64,000 nt of DNA from NCBI GenBank assembly GCA_964578585.1, contig CAZODM010000001.1, forward strand, positions 13,683 to 77,682, in the 5' to 3' direction. The translations under genes and the position numbers were made by a program. The notes beneath the pieces were generated by a model. It was not told where the DNA came from, made no database searches, and was given only the letters and a program-made list of their open reading frames with translations. How positions within the stretch are numbered: position 1 is the first letter of the stretch; each line of letters begins with the position of its first letter. Below are positions 1 to 9,029 of this stretch, one piece after another. The DNA is from an uncultured Desulfobacterales bacterium. GTDB taxonomy: Bacteria; Desulfobacterota; Dissulfuribacteria; Dissulfuribacterales; JAMONC01.

Positions 1-67
1 TCTCATTTAGAGCATCTTTTACATCGTCTAGTTTAAAAGGTTTTATTATTGCCTCTATCTTTTTCAT
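1..67 (-). CDS. glnK: P-II nitrogen regulatory protein, N-terminal fragment (runs off the window start)
   Basis: Not in the ORF track. The reverse complement of 1-67 reads MKKIEAIIKPFKLDDVKDALNE, the canonical P-II N-terminus. GGAGGAG Shine-Dalgarno at 71-77. It lies 36 nt downstream of amtB. Confidence 0.85.
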   Translation of the reverse strand, partial: MKKIEAIIKPFKLDDVKDALNE

Positions 68-103
68 TCACTCCTCCTTTTTACAATCTTGTGAAAATTA
101 ATC

Positions 104-1321
104 CTATATATTGTAACCAATTTCACTGTGTTGTGTAATATCTAAACCCTGTACCTCTTCTTCTTCTGTTACCCTTATTCCTATAATGAGATCCAATACC
201 TTGAGAATAATAAAAGTTACAACAAATGAAAAGACTACAGCAGTAGATGCAGCAATTAATTGTACAACAAACTGATGAGGATTACCGTAGAATAAGCCAT
301 TTGCTCCACTTGCATTTACTGCTACAGTAGCAAATAAACCAGTTGCAAGTGCTCCCCAAAAACCACCAACTCCATGGACACCAACAACATCAAGTGCATC
401 ATCATAGCCAATCTTACTCTTTAGTAATACAGCACAGTAACATAATACTCCTGCAACTAAACCTATAATTAAGGCCCCAATTGGAGTTACAAAACCACAT
501 GCTGGTGTAATCGCAACAAGCCCTGCAACAGCACCAGAAGCAGCTCCTAAAGAAGTAGGTTTACCTTGATAAATCCACTCGGCAATAAGCCAAGAAAGTG
601 CTGCTGTACCAGTAGCTACTTGAGTTGTGAAAAATGCCTCAGTAGCACATTTACCTGCTGCTAGGGCACTTCCTGCATTAAAACCAAACCATCCAAACCA
701 AAGCATTCCTGCACCAAATATAGTCCAAGTAAGATTATGAGGATGAAAAGCCTCTCTACCGTATCCTTTTCTTCTACCAATTACAAGTGCAGAAGCAAGT
801 GCTGCAGCACCAGAACTAATATGAATAACTGTTCCTCCAGCAAAGTCTAATGCACCAAGCTTTCCTAACCAGCCACCCCCCCATACCCAATGGCATAAGG
901 GGAAATAAACTAATGTGCTCCATAAAATTACAAAAATGAAAAATGCAGAAAATTTCATCCTTTCTGCAAATGCACCTGTAATAAGTGCTGGGGTTATAAT
1001 AGCAAACATCAATTGAAATGCACAGAAGAGAAGATGTGGAATTGTCTTTGAATAGGGTCCAGGATTAAGCCCTACCCCATTTAAAAATGCCCATTTTAAG
1101 CTTCCTATTATACCATTTACATCAGGTCCAAACGAAAGAGAATATCCATAAAGTACCCAAAGAACAGTTATAATACCTAAACAAATAAAACTCTGAAGCA
1201 GAGTAGACATAACGTTCTTTTGTCTTACTAAACCCCCATAAAAAATTGCTAGCCCTGGAGTCATAATCATTACCAAAGCTGTTGCAGCAAGCATCCACGC
1301 AGTATCTCCTGCGTTAATCAT
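104..1321 (-). CDS. amtB: ammonium transporter (Amt family)
   Basis: 405 aa, about 11 TM segments. Amt signatures include DFAGGTVIHISSGAAALA and VHGVGGFWGALATGLFA. AGGAGG lies upstream, and a P-II gene follows. Confidence 0.95.
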   Translation of the reverse strand: MINAGDTAWMLAATALVMIMTPGLAIFYGGLVRQKNVMSTLLQSFICLGIITVLWVLYGYSLSFGPDVNGIIGSLKWAFLNGVGLNPGPYSKTIPHLLFCAFQLMFAIITPALITGAFAERMKFSAFFIFVILWSTLVYFPLCHWVWGGGWLGKLGALDFAGGTVIHISSGAAALASALVIGRRKGYGREAFHPHNLTWTIFGAGMLWFGWFGFNAGSALAAGKCATEAFFTTQVATGTAALSWLIAEWIYQGKPTSLGAASGAVAGLVAITPACGFVTPIGALIIGLVAGVLCYCAVLLKSKIGYDDALDVVGVHGVGGFWGALATGLFATVAVNASGANGLFYGNPHQFVVQLIAASTAVVFSFVVTFIILKVLDLIIGIRVTEEEEVQGLDITQHSEIGYNI

Positions 1322-1353
1322 CTTGCATCTACCTCCTGTTTATTTTTTAAAAG

Positions 1354-1384
1354 ACAATCTTGTAGTTCTAAACTACAGGATTGT
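1354..1384 (-). promoter_or_regulatory. 14-bp inverted repeat (13/14 match, 3-nt spacer) in the amtB leader
   Basis: acaatcttgtagtt-cta-aactacaggattgt. It lies between the sigma-54-like promoter and the amtB SD. Confidence 0.5.
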
Positions 1385-1390
1385 AGATAT

Positions 1391-1406
1391 AGCAGGAGAT
1401 ATGCCA
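1391..1406 (-). promoter_or_regulatory. putative sigma-54 (-24/-12) promoter of amtB-glnK
   Basis: The minus strand reads TGGCATATCTCCTGCT. This matches TGGCAC-N5-TTGC with correct GG/GC spacing, about 70 nt upstream of the amtB ATG. Confidence 0.5.
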
Positions 1407-1530
1407 TTTAAGTTAACCATTGAATAAACAGTCTTTTTTGTAATATTAATTTAATTTAATAAAAAAATAATGTAACATTTTTGAAATAAAATAAATATCT
1501 ATTGTACAAAAATGTAATTATCTTTTATTG

Positions 1531-1558
1531 AAAATAAAAAGGCCGGCAAAAGCCGGCC
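1531..1558 (-). terminator. rho-independent terminator after the porin gene
   Basis: GGCCGGC-AAAA-GCCGGCC hairpin (1541-1558), followed on the minus strand by TTTTTATTTT. Confidence 0.8.
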
Positions 1559-1588
1559 ATTATAACAATATTAAAATCGGAGAACATA

Positions 1589-2368
1589 TTAGAAGAACAT
1601 ATCTACAGTAATTGCGCCATACACATAATTATCTACTAAATCTTTAGCATCCCCTGTAATTGGGAAACACCAAGAAATCTGAGGGATTACAGATATGCTT
1701 TGTGTAACAGGGATATTAAGGGATGCAGAGAGAAGTCCATCATAAAATCCATTAAATTTATGTTTGCCATCATTATCAGGATATTGTTCAAAGTCACCAG
1801 AAATCAAATAATCTCCAGAGGCTGTAAGATCTAATCTTACATTTTCATATACATTAACACTATGATAAAGAGATAAATTAATAAATGTTGCTGGATAGTG
1901 AGCAAAGTCTTGATATATAGTAAGAGTTGGTTTTAAAAATGCTTTTGCCATTTGTCCAGAAACATAAATTTCCTGTCCATCTTTTTGTTGATCATAGGCA
2001 TAATATGTATAACCTGCTTCAACATAATATGGACCAATATCTTTACCATAACCAACGGTCATATCTGTCTCAGTTAATGCATCATCTTTCTTGCCCCAAT
2101 TAGCAGTATCTATATTCTGCCATATATTTACATAGGCATTTCCATAACCAAAGGTAATTGATGGCTGCAAGCAGATATCATTTTTAGTAGTATTATCAGC
2201 TCGGCCCCTCCATACATATTGATTTGTTAAAGTTAATGATAAATCAGTCTGAATCTCTTTAGGATTAAATGCAAGTTGTGCTGCATTTACATTAGAGGTG
2301 AACACCAAACTTGTCATTGCAAAGACAAAAGCAATTAGTAGTGACCATTTCTCTTTGGTAATTTTCAT
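1589..2368 (-). CDS. outer-membrane beta-barrel protein, TorF/Gcw_chp-like putative porin (paralog 1)
   Basis: Signal peptide ending NVNA-AQ, QYVWRG motif, alternating beta-strand pattern and C-terminal F. The likely start is the ATG at 2368 (GGAGG 8 nt upstream); the ORF track starts at 2383. Confidence 0.6.
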   Translation of the reverse strand: MKITKEKWSLLIAFVFAMTSLVFTSNVNAAQLAFNPKEIQTDLSLTLTNQYVWRGRADNTTKNDICLQPSITFGYGNAYVNIWQNIDTANWGKKDDALTETDMTVGYGKDIGPYYVEAGYTYYAYDQQKDGQEIYVSGQMAKAFLKPTLTIYQDFAHYPATFINLSLYHSVNVYENVRLDLTASGDYLISGDFEQYPDNDGKHKFNGFYDGLLSASLNIPVTQSISVIPQISWCFPITGDAKDLVDNYVYGAITVDMFF

Positions 2369-2412
2369 TGTAGAAACCTCCATTCATTATTTTTCTTTTT
2401 TAAGAAAAGTAA

Positions 2413-2441
2413 GCGGCTACCCCCTTTCATAAGGTAACCGC
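2413..2441 (-). terminator. hairpin/probable terminator between the two porin paralogs
   Basis: On the minus strand, GCGGTTACC-loop-GGTAGCCGC (9 bp with one G-U pair), followed by a U-rich TTACTTTTCTT. Confidence 0.45.
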
Positions 2442-2464
2442 ATAAAAGTAACCAATAAAATTGA

Positions 2465-3274
2465 TTAGAAGGATATATCAAGTGTTACACCACCATACAC
2501 AAAAGAGTTTTGTCCACTTCTTCCTGCATCAAACTCAGGCAAGCTAAGAAGCTCTCCAGCCTTTTTGCTAAGAGGAAAAGACCAATCTATCTCTGGAGTA
2601 ATAGTTACCCCATTTGCTACAGGGAAGGTAACTGAAGCATATAATAATCCATCTTTGAAATCATTAAAATCTTTATCTGCGTTATTACCATCCGGATATG
2701 TTCCTTTATCGTTAGAAGCTAAATAGCTAACCTTAGCACCTAAATGCACATCCATATTACCTAATCCTGTTAAAGAACCAATTGGTAAATCCTGAGAAAT
2801 TCCTAAAGTTATATAAGTACCTGGATAATGCCCAATCTCTCTATAAATAGTAAGTTTTGGATTCAAAATAGTATTTAGGGTACCAGATACATAAAGTTCA
2901 TGACTATCATAAGCACCTGAAAGCGCATACCAAATATAGCCACCTTCCACTGTTACAGGTCCCAGATCTTTACTATAGCCAAATGTAAAATCTGTCTCAT
3001 TTAAATTATCCATACCGCTTTGCCAAGGATTTGTATCAATATTTTGCCAAATGTTTACAAATGCCCCTTCATAACCAAAGGTATAAGATGGCTGAATCAC
3101 TAAGCTATCCCTAGAATGTGCTTCTCCACGCCAGATGTACTGACTCATAAAACTCACAGATACATCAACAGTAGGCTTTTGTTGTTGAGCATGAGCAGGG
3201 ACAACCCATGCACCAGATACTACTAGTGCTAAAACAGCATACAACCAGGCGAACCTACCAAACAAATTCTTCAT
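2465..3274 (-). CDS. outer-membrane beta-barrel protein, TorF/Gcw_chp-like putative porin (paralog 2)
   Basis: Signal peptide ending AHA-QQ. It aligns clearly with the 1589-2368 product (QYIWRGE, FVNIWQNIDT, LTIY, HYPGTY) and ends in F. Confidence 0.6.
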   Translation of the reverse strand: MKNLFGRFAWLYAVLALVVSGAWVVPAHAQQQKPTVDVSVSFMSQYIWRGEAHSRDSLVIQPSYTFGYEGAFVNIWQNIDTNPWQSGMDNLNETDFTFGYSKDLGPVTVEGGYIWYALSGAYDSHELYVSGTLNTILNPKLTIYREIGHYPGTYITLGISQDLPIGSLTGLGNMDVHLGAKVSYLASNDKGTYPDGNNADKDFNDFKDGLLYASVTFPVANGVTITPEIDWSFPLSKKAGELLSLPEFDAGRSGQNSFVYGGVTLDISF

Positions 3275-3319
3275 AACACAACCTCCTCATTTATTCTTTA
3301 CATTTTTTGTTCACTAAAA

Positions 3320-3335
3320 AGCAAAAATTATACCT
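3320..3335 (-). promoter_or_regulatory. possible sigma-54-type promoter upstream of the porin pair
   Basis: The minus strand reads AGGTATAATTTTTGCT, with GG and TTGC at the -24/-12 spacing. The same bases also contain TATAAT, so a sigma-70 -10 is an alternative. Confidence 0.3.
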
Positions 3336-3382
3336 CTTATATTAACTTAATACGTTTTAATTAGAAGCTAAAAAATAAATAA

Positions 3383-4600
3383 TTATTCAAAAGTTAGGGA
3401 TGATATTTTATGCCAAATTCCATCATACCAGTGAACAGCTAATAAACTAGAGACTTCTAAGCCACAGTGATCTTGTCTATATGGCAAAAAAGTCCCCATA
3501 ACGCCTACATAGGGTTCTTTAAAAGACTGTAGAGACTCCCTAATATCTGCTCTGGTAAGATAATTTGTATTTAATGCTGCTTTTGTAAATAAATTTATTG
3601 CATCCCATGCACAGCCAGATGCCATTATACCACTAGGACCAACATCTTCTAAATTTATTTTAACTTGTGTGCTAAAAATAGACACTGGAACATAATTACT
3701 AGAATTAGTATCTATTAAACTTGGAGCTAAAATAGGTGGAAGTGCACTAACCATATCTAATTCAGACAAGTTAAAAGGAATATTCTTATTAAAATCGCAT
3801 AAAGGCAAGGCAATCGTAGCTCCTGTTAATATAGCACTTTGGCACACATAACCCACCCTAGAAGGATCTATCCAACAGATAACTACTTGTGCCCCTTGAG
3901 CTAATAAACTCTTAAGTTGAGGTGTCATATCTGTATCTGTAGAAGCAAACTCTTTAATACCTACAAGTTTAATGTTATATTGTAATCCATATCCCTTTAA
4001 CCACAAAGAAGCATCTTCTCCTTTTTTAGTACTTTCTACTAAAATACCTACTCTTTTAAAACCTTGTTTAGTTATAGCTTTATATATTGCTTTCATTATA
4101 ACAGATCTAGGAGGTGATACAGAGAATACCCAATATATACTTCTGCCTGCTAGCGGAAAAACATCTTTATCCCCACAGGTAAGTATTAATGGCACCTGAT
4201 GTATAGAACAAAAATTCCACAAAGTTGTTATAAGTTCAGGATGTGTAGGACCTAAGATAGCAAGTACATGCTTTTGATACAATAAGACCCGAGCTCCTGC
4301 TAAAAGTTGCTTTTTAAGCCCTGCAGTATCTGCAACATATAATTTTAAAGGCCTTCCATTTATACCACCCTGAGAATTTATATCATTAACAGCCTGCCTC
4401 GCTGCTTGAAGTGCACAAAGACCTAAGCGTGCATCTGGTCCAGAAAGATCCCACAAAGCCCCAATTACAACAGGTTCATTAGAACCTGGCGGTGATTGAG
4501 CTAATAAATTATAAGGAAAAGAAAAATAAAAACTTATTAGAATTACTATAAAAATACAAAAGGATACAAAGTTGTTTTTTTTATCTAACATTTTTGTCAC
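3383..4600 (-). CDS. periplasmic substrate-binding protein, LivK/type-I PBP (Peripla_BP_6-like)
   Basis: Signal/anchor sequence followed by VVIGALWDLSGPDA...AVNDINSQGGINGRPLKL, typical of branched-chain amino acid/amide binding proteins. No ABC permease or ATPase gene is adjacent. Confidence 0.7.
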   Translation of the reverse strand: MTKMLDKKNNFVSFCIFIVILISFYFSFPYNLLAQSPPGSNEPVVIGALWDLSGPDARLGLCALQAARQAVNDINSQGGINGRPLKLYVADTAGLKKQLLAGARVLLYQKHVLAILGPTHPELITTLWNFCSIHQVPLILTCGDKDVFPLAGRSIYWVFSVSPPRSVIMKAIYKAITKQGFKRVGILVESTKKGEDASLWLKGYGLQYNIKLVGIKEFASTDTDMTPQLKSLLAQGAQVVICWIDPSRVGYVCQSAILTGATIALPLCDFNKNIPFNLSELDMVSALPPILAPSLIDTNSSNYVPVSIFSTQVKINLEDVGPSGIMASGCAWDAINLFTKAALNTNYLTRADIRESLQSFKEPYVGVMGTFLPYRQDHCGLEVSSLLAVHWYDGIWHKISSLTFE

Positions 4601-4607
4601 ATTTATA

Positions 4608-5453
4608 TTATTCTAACATTTTCAATTGCTTTTTAGCTACCCGTGCTTGAGGAGTATTGGGATAAAACTTTATCAGTTTTTTTAAAACGATTTTAGCACT
4701 ATCAGTATCTCCAAGTCTTACAAATGCAAGTCCCTGCTTTAAAAGAGCATCTGGAACCTTATTAGACTGAGGAAACTCACTTATAACCTTTTGATAATCC
4801 AATATTGCCTCTTCATAACGCTGCATCCTGTACTCACATTCTCCTATCCAAAAATATGCATTTGGTACCAATGCTCCCTTAGGATTCTGATTTATATACG
4901 CTCTTAATGTCTTCTCTGCTTGTTCAAATTCACCTTTGTTAAATAGGTCTAGTGCTTGATGATATAAATCTACTTTCCCTTGAGCTATCTCTTTTCTTGT
5001 TTGTTCTACTTGCTGTGTAACCTTATTGGATGCAGCTAAGAGCTTTAATTCTTGTTGTATATTGTCTAATTCAGCCTGTATTTGATTAATCTGCTGATTT
5101 ATCTTTTGATAATCTTGTTGATGCTGATAGTTTATCTGATCAACTAAACCATTTATTCGCATCTGCTCTGCCTGAAGCTCATCTAATCTATTAGATAAAT
5201 TTGCTAAAGTTTGTCTAACAGAGGCTATATCCTTTTTACCAACCTCTTTAAGATCTGATCTAATAACGCTTAATTGCCGATTCATAATTTGAACCTTTTT
5301 AGTTAATGCTCTATTTTGTATATCTAAACTATTAACCCTCATCTCAAGCATATTAACTTGATCTTGAGGGGCACAACCCGCTAACAAAAAAATGGTCAAC
5401 AATAAAATAGTACCGATATAAGTAATTATTGTTTTTCCCATCTTAGAGTTCAT
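4608..5453 (-). CDS. cpoB: Tol system protein CpoB/YbgF (coiled coil plus TPR), lipoprotein form
   Basis: LAGC lipobox, a long Q/L-rich coiled coil, and a C-terminal YbgF-type TPR (PNAYFWIGECEY...ALLKQGLAF...YPNTPQA). Confidence 0.8.
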   Translation of the reverse strand: MNSKMGKTIITYIGTILLLTIFLLAGCAPQDQVNMLEMRVNSLDIQNRALTKKVQIMNRQLSVIRSDLKEVGKKDIASVRQTLANLSNRLDELQAEQMRINGLVDQINYQHQQDYQKINQQINQIQAELDNIQQELKLLAASNKVTQQVEQTRKEIAQGKVDLYHQALDLFNKGEFEQAEKTLRAYINQNPKGALVPNAYFWIGECEYRMQRYEEAILDYQKVISEFPQSNKVPDALLKQGLAFVRLGDTDSAKIVLKKLIKFYPNTPQARVAKKQLKMLE

Positions 5454-5478
5454 ATTGCCCTCCTAATTAAAACTATAT

Positions 5479-6807
5479 CTATCTTTTATCTGGACCCCAG
5501 TTAGGACATGTTATAGAAGCATTTTTTATCTTTAAAAGAAGCCTTTTATGTGCTCCATTTAAATACATGACATAAAGAACAGGATTAGAATTATTAATAG
5601 AACAACTAAAAACTATTTGCCTTCCATCTGGAGACCAAGATGGACTGTGGTTATTACCAATATCTGTTAATTGCTTAGGCTCTCCTCCAGATACAGGGAT
5701 TGTAAATATCTCAAAATGTCCATTTACTAAACCTGAATAAGCAATCTCATCTCCCTTAGGAGACCATGAAGGATCTGTATTATAACTGCCTTGATATGTA
5801 AGCCTTATTATATTGCCACTTTTTAAATCCATAATATATATTTGAGGACTTCCCTCTCTGTTAGATACAAATGCTATTTTGCTCCCATCAGGAGACCAAC
5901 ACCCTGCTACATTAATACCTGGACCATGTGTAAGACGTTTTAAAATCTTTCCACGAAGATCTATAATATAGAGATCTGGATTTCCATCTTTACTTAAAGT
6001 TACCAATAATTTTTTACCATCAGGAGACCAAGCAGGTGCTATGTTAATACCTTTATAACTACAGAGCAATCGCACCTTATGAGAAATAAGATCTTTGATA
6101 TACAAACAGGGACGACCATTTCTATATGACGTATAAACTAAAAGGCGACCATTGGGAGAAATCTTTGGAGAAACTACTATAGAATTATCAAACGTTTCTC
6201 TTCTAAGATCTTGGCCATCAAAATCGCATAAATAAACATCTTTTCTCTTTCCTCTTTGAATTACCATAGCTATTTGAGATAAACTTATTCCAGGCTGTCC
6301 TGTAATTGCTCTTACTACTTGATCGCAGAATTTATGCCCAATAAGCCTTAAATCCTTAACTGTACCAATATATCGAATACCAACAAGTTGTTTCCCTGTG
6401 GCAAGATCAAATAGCCTTAGATCAACTGTTAGCTTCTCTCCGTTTCTTGTAAGATCTCCTAATATAACATAGTCTACTCTAAACTTTGTCCAATCAGTAT
6501 TGGGACTACCCCCATATAAGTCTGGATTTAATACAGAAAAATATCCCTGAAAATTAAGATCCCTAGACATAATAATAGATAAACGTTTACCCATTATTCT
6601 ATCTTCAAACGTACCAGAAGGAGATGCTAAGTACGGAATAGCAATAGGAATCTTCTTTAAATATGGAGAGGTAATATCAATATATACCCTCTGAGCCCTT
6701 GCAAGTCCTAACATTACAAAATTAACCACTATTATAACCACAAGGGCAAAAATAAAATTATGATTTTTCCTTACATTTAACTTCATAGCAACCCTTTTAT
6801 TTGCCAA
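5479..6807 (-). CDS. tolB: Tol system beta-propeller protein TolB
   Basis: Repeated SPDG/SPNG beta-propeller blades (ISPNGRLLVYTS, WSPDGKKLLVTL, WSPDGSKIAFVS, WSPKGDEIAY, WSPDGRQIVF). It sits after tolQRA. An alternative start is at 6786. Confidence 0.9.
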   Translation of the reverse strand: MANKRVAMKLNVRKNHNFIFALVVIIVVNFVMLGLARAQRVYIDITSPYLKKIPIAIPYLASPSGTFEDRIMGKRLSIIMSRDLNFQGYFSVLNPDLYGGSPNTDWTKFRVDYVILGDLTRNGEKLTVDLRLFDLATGKQLVGIRYIGTVKDLRLIGHKFCDQVVRAITGQPGISLSQIAMVIQRGKRKDVYLCDFDGQDLRRETFDNSIVVSPKISPNGRLLVYTSYRNGRPCLYIKDLISHKVRLLCSYKGINIAPAWSPDGKKLLVTLSKDGNPDLYIIDLRGKILKRLTHGPGINVAGCWSPDGSKIAFVSNREGSPQIYIMDLKSGNIIRLTYQGSYNTDPSWSPKGDEIAYSGLVNGHFEIFTIPVSGGEPKQLTDIGNNHSPSWSPDGRQIVFSCSINNSNPVLYVMYLNGAHKRLLLKIKNASITCPNWGPDKR

Positions 6808-7726
6808 TTTGATTTGGTTTAAACCTAACTCCTATCTCTAGTGGTCCTGGTTGTAAGGGCGCTGGTAAAGGTGGAAATGGGCCAGATTCCTCCACCGCTC
6901 TTAAAGCTGACTGATCAAATAATTGATTACCAGAACCCTTTTCTATCCATTTTTTTATTATATTACCATGTTTATCAATACTAATAATTATAATACATTC
7001 AAGAGGTTCCTTTGAAAGTCCTTCAGGCCAAGCCCAATTCCTATGTAATTCTGGATATACATAACGTGCTAGATAATTTCTCAATGCTTGATTATATCTT
7101 TGCTTAGCCCTCTTTTGAACCACCTCTTCAAGTTGTTTTAATTGTTGTGCAAGATACTGTTCTTTCTTTTTTTCCTCTAACTGTTTTTGAATCTGTCTAA
7201 TCTTTTTAGCAATAATTTTATCAAAATTCTCTATTTTTTTCTTATATTTTATACGATTAGAAGATTTCTTAACACTTTTTTTGTTAATTTTCTTTTTTAA
7301 GATTAACTTTTTTGTTGAATTTTTTCTAATCTGTTTCTTGACTGTTTTATTTTTTTTAAGCTTTGTAGCATGAATAGAAACTAAATTTTTAGATTTTTTC
7401 TTAATATATGATCTAGGTCTTTTGGTTTTGGTTTGTATCTTTACTTTTTTGACTAAAGATTTCTTTTTAACTGTTTGAGGGTTAACTACTGTTTTTTTCT
7501 TTACCTTTTTTACCTTTTTGGATTTAAGGATGTGTTTTTTAACCTTAATTTTAACCTTGGGAGTATTATATTCTACATTAAATAGATCAATTGTAACAAT
7601 CTTAGGAGATCGTGCTTTTAATGGCCAATACTGGGTTAACACAAACGGTGCTAACAAAAATATAACATGAGCAAGTACTGCCCATATAAAAGCCCTTTTC
7701 CATGATGGATCAGAAAATAGACTCAC
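6797..7726 (-). CDS. tolA: TolA/TonB-family energy transducer (Lys-rich linker)
   Basis: N-terminal TM anchor, a highly K-rich low-complexity linker, and a TonB_C-like C-terminus (ALRAVEESGPFPPLP). Its position matches tolA. Confidence 0.75.
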   Translation of the reverse strand: MSLFSDPSWKRAFIWAVLAHVIFLLAPFVLTQYWPLKARSPKIVTIDLFNVEYNTPKVKIKVKKHILKSKKVKKVKKKTVVNPQTVKKKSLVKKVKIQTKTKRPRSYIKKKSKNLVSIHATKLKKNKTVKKQIRKNSTKKLILKKKINKKSVKKSSNRIKYKKKIENFDKIIAKKIRQIQKQLEEKKKEQYLAQQLKQLEEVVQKRAKQRYNQALRNYLARYVYPELHRNWAWPEGLSKEPLECIIIISIDKHGNIIKKWIEKGSGNQLFDQSALRAVEESGPFPPLPAPLQPGPLEIGVRFKPNQIGK

Positions 7727-7744
7727 TGCGAGTCTGCCTCCAGC

Positions 7745-8155
7745 TTATCTTTTAATACTTTTAATAGGTAGTTGCGTAACTAATCCTAATTTTTCTATAC
7801 CAGCGCCCTTTATCGCAGAGATTACCTTAGCAACTAATCCATAAGCAATTGCTCTATCTGCTCTAAGGAGTACTCTTGGTTGTTTCATTTGTGTCTTCAT
7901 CTGAGACAATTTCTGTTCAAGTAGATCAAGATCAACCCTTACACCATTTAAATAAATATGTCCTTTTGAATCTATTATCACATTTATAGGTATAGACTTT
8001 TGAGGAAGTGGACGAGCAGTTGCCTTTGGCAACCTAACATTTAGACCATGGGTCATCATAGGTGCAGTAACCATAAATATTATCAATAATACAAGCATGA
8101 CATCTACAAACGGGGTAACATTAATATCAGACATTAAAGACTTTTTAGATGCCAT
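7745..8155 (-). CDS. tolR: TolR/ExbD biopolymer transport protein
   Basis: INVTPFVDVMLVLLIIFMV motif, 136 aa. Confidence 0.9.
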   Translation of the reverse strand: MASKKSLMSDINVTPFVDVMLVLLIIFMVTAPMMTHGLNVRLPKATARPLPQKSIPINVIIDSKGHIYLNGVRVDLDLLEQKLSQMKTQMKQPRVLLRADRAIAYGLVAKVISAIKGAGIEKLGLVTQLPIKSIKR

Positions 8156-8169
8156 TTGTTTCTCCTTTT

Positions 8170-8937
8170 TTAAGTCTCTAAGGATTCCTCTTGTTTATTG
8201 TCTAGAGTGGTTTTACCTTTTTGCTTACTCTTTTTGGAAGAAAAAGATACAAGTTGACGTTCTACCCTGTTTAAAAATTCATCACTGAATACCTGGAGCC
8301 TTGACTCTTCATGATTTACCCAACTTGTAAATAAGTTATATGCAATAACTGCAGGTATAGCAGTAGCTAAGCCTGCTGCAGTAGCAATAAGGGCTTCAGA
8401 TATACCAGGGGCAACAGTAGCTAAACTTGCAGAGCCTTGAAGTCCTATATGTCTAAAACTATCCATAATCCCCCAAACCGTACCAAATAGACCAATAAAT
8501 GGGGCTACATTACCTGTAGTTGCTAAAAAAGATAGTGCTGTATTAAGTTCTGATATCTCTTTTTCTATTCCCTTTTTTAAGGCCCTTGTTAAAATTTCAA
8601 CATGAGTTTTAAGTATAAAGTTTAAATCCCCCGCGATATTGCCTTCTCTTAACTTAAGAAGTTCCCTATAGCCATGTAAAAATACTTGAGCTATACAAGA
8701 AAGTCTAAAATCTGATCTTGCTGCTGGATATACATCTGTAATTTTCATACTAGAATGAAACTCTTGTTCAAATTCCTCATCTAGCTTTGATATCTTTCTA
8801 AAGCGAGATATTTTCCAAAATATAATTGTCCAACATATTAAAGAAAAAAATAACAAAATTATAAGTACTAACTGGACAATAGGACCTGCATCCAAAATCA
8901 TAGACCATATACCACCAACTATTACCTCTGTTGTCAT
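8170..8937 (-). CDS. tolQ: TolQ/ExbB (MotA family) proton channel
   Basis: Three TM segments, with the APFIGLFGTVWGIM and ATAAGLATAIPAV motifs. Confidence 0.9.
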   Translation of the reverse strand: MTTEVIVGGIWSMILDAGPIVQLVLIILLFFSLICWTIIFWKISRFRKISKLDEEFEQEFHSSMKITDVYPAARSDFRLSCIAQVFLHGYRELLKLREGNIAGDLNFILKTHVEILTRALKKGIEKEISELNTALSFLATTGNVAPFIGLFGTVWGIMDSFRHIGLQGSASLATVAPGISEALIATAAGLATAIPAVIAYNLFTSWVNHEESRLQVFSDEFLNRVERQLVSFSSKKSKQKGKTTLDNKQEESLET

Positions 8938-9029
8938 AATAGCCTCCCAAAGACAAACTTAAATCAAATACAAAACAATCTTTGAAAATATAGAAAAAAA
9001 TCTTTTTAAAATCCGTGCATTTTTTATTC

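Noticed and set aside
7130-7560. Repetitive A/T-rich stretch that might look like a tandem repeat or CRISPR-like array.
   Set aside because: It is the coding sequence for the Lys-rich linker of TolA (KKVKKVKKK and similar). The periodicity is irregular, with no repeat-spacer structure.
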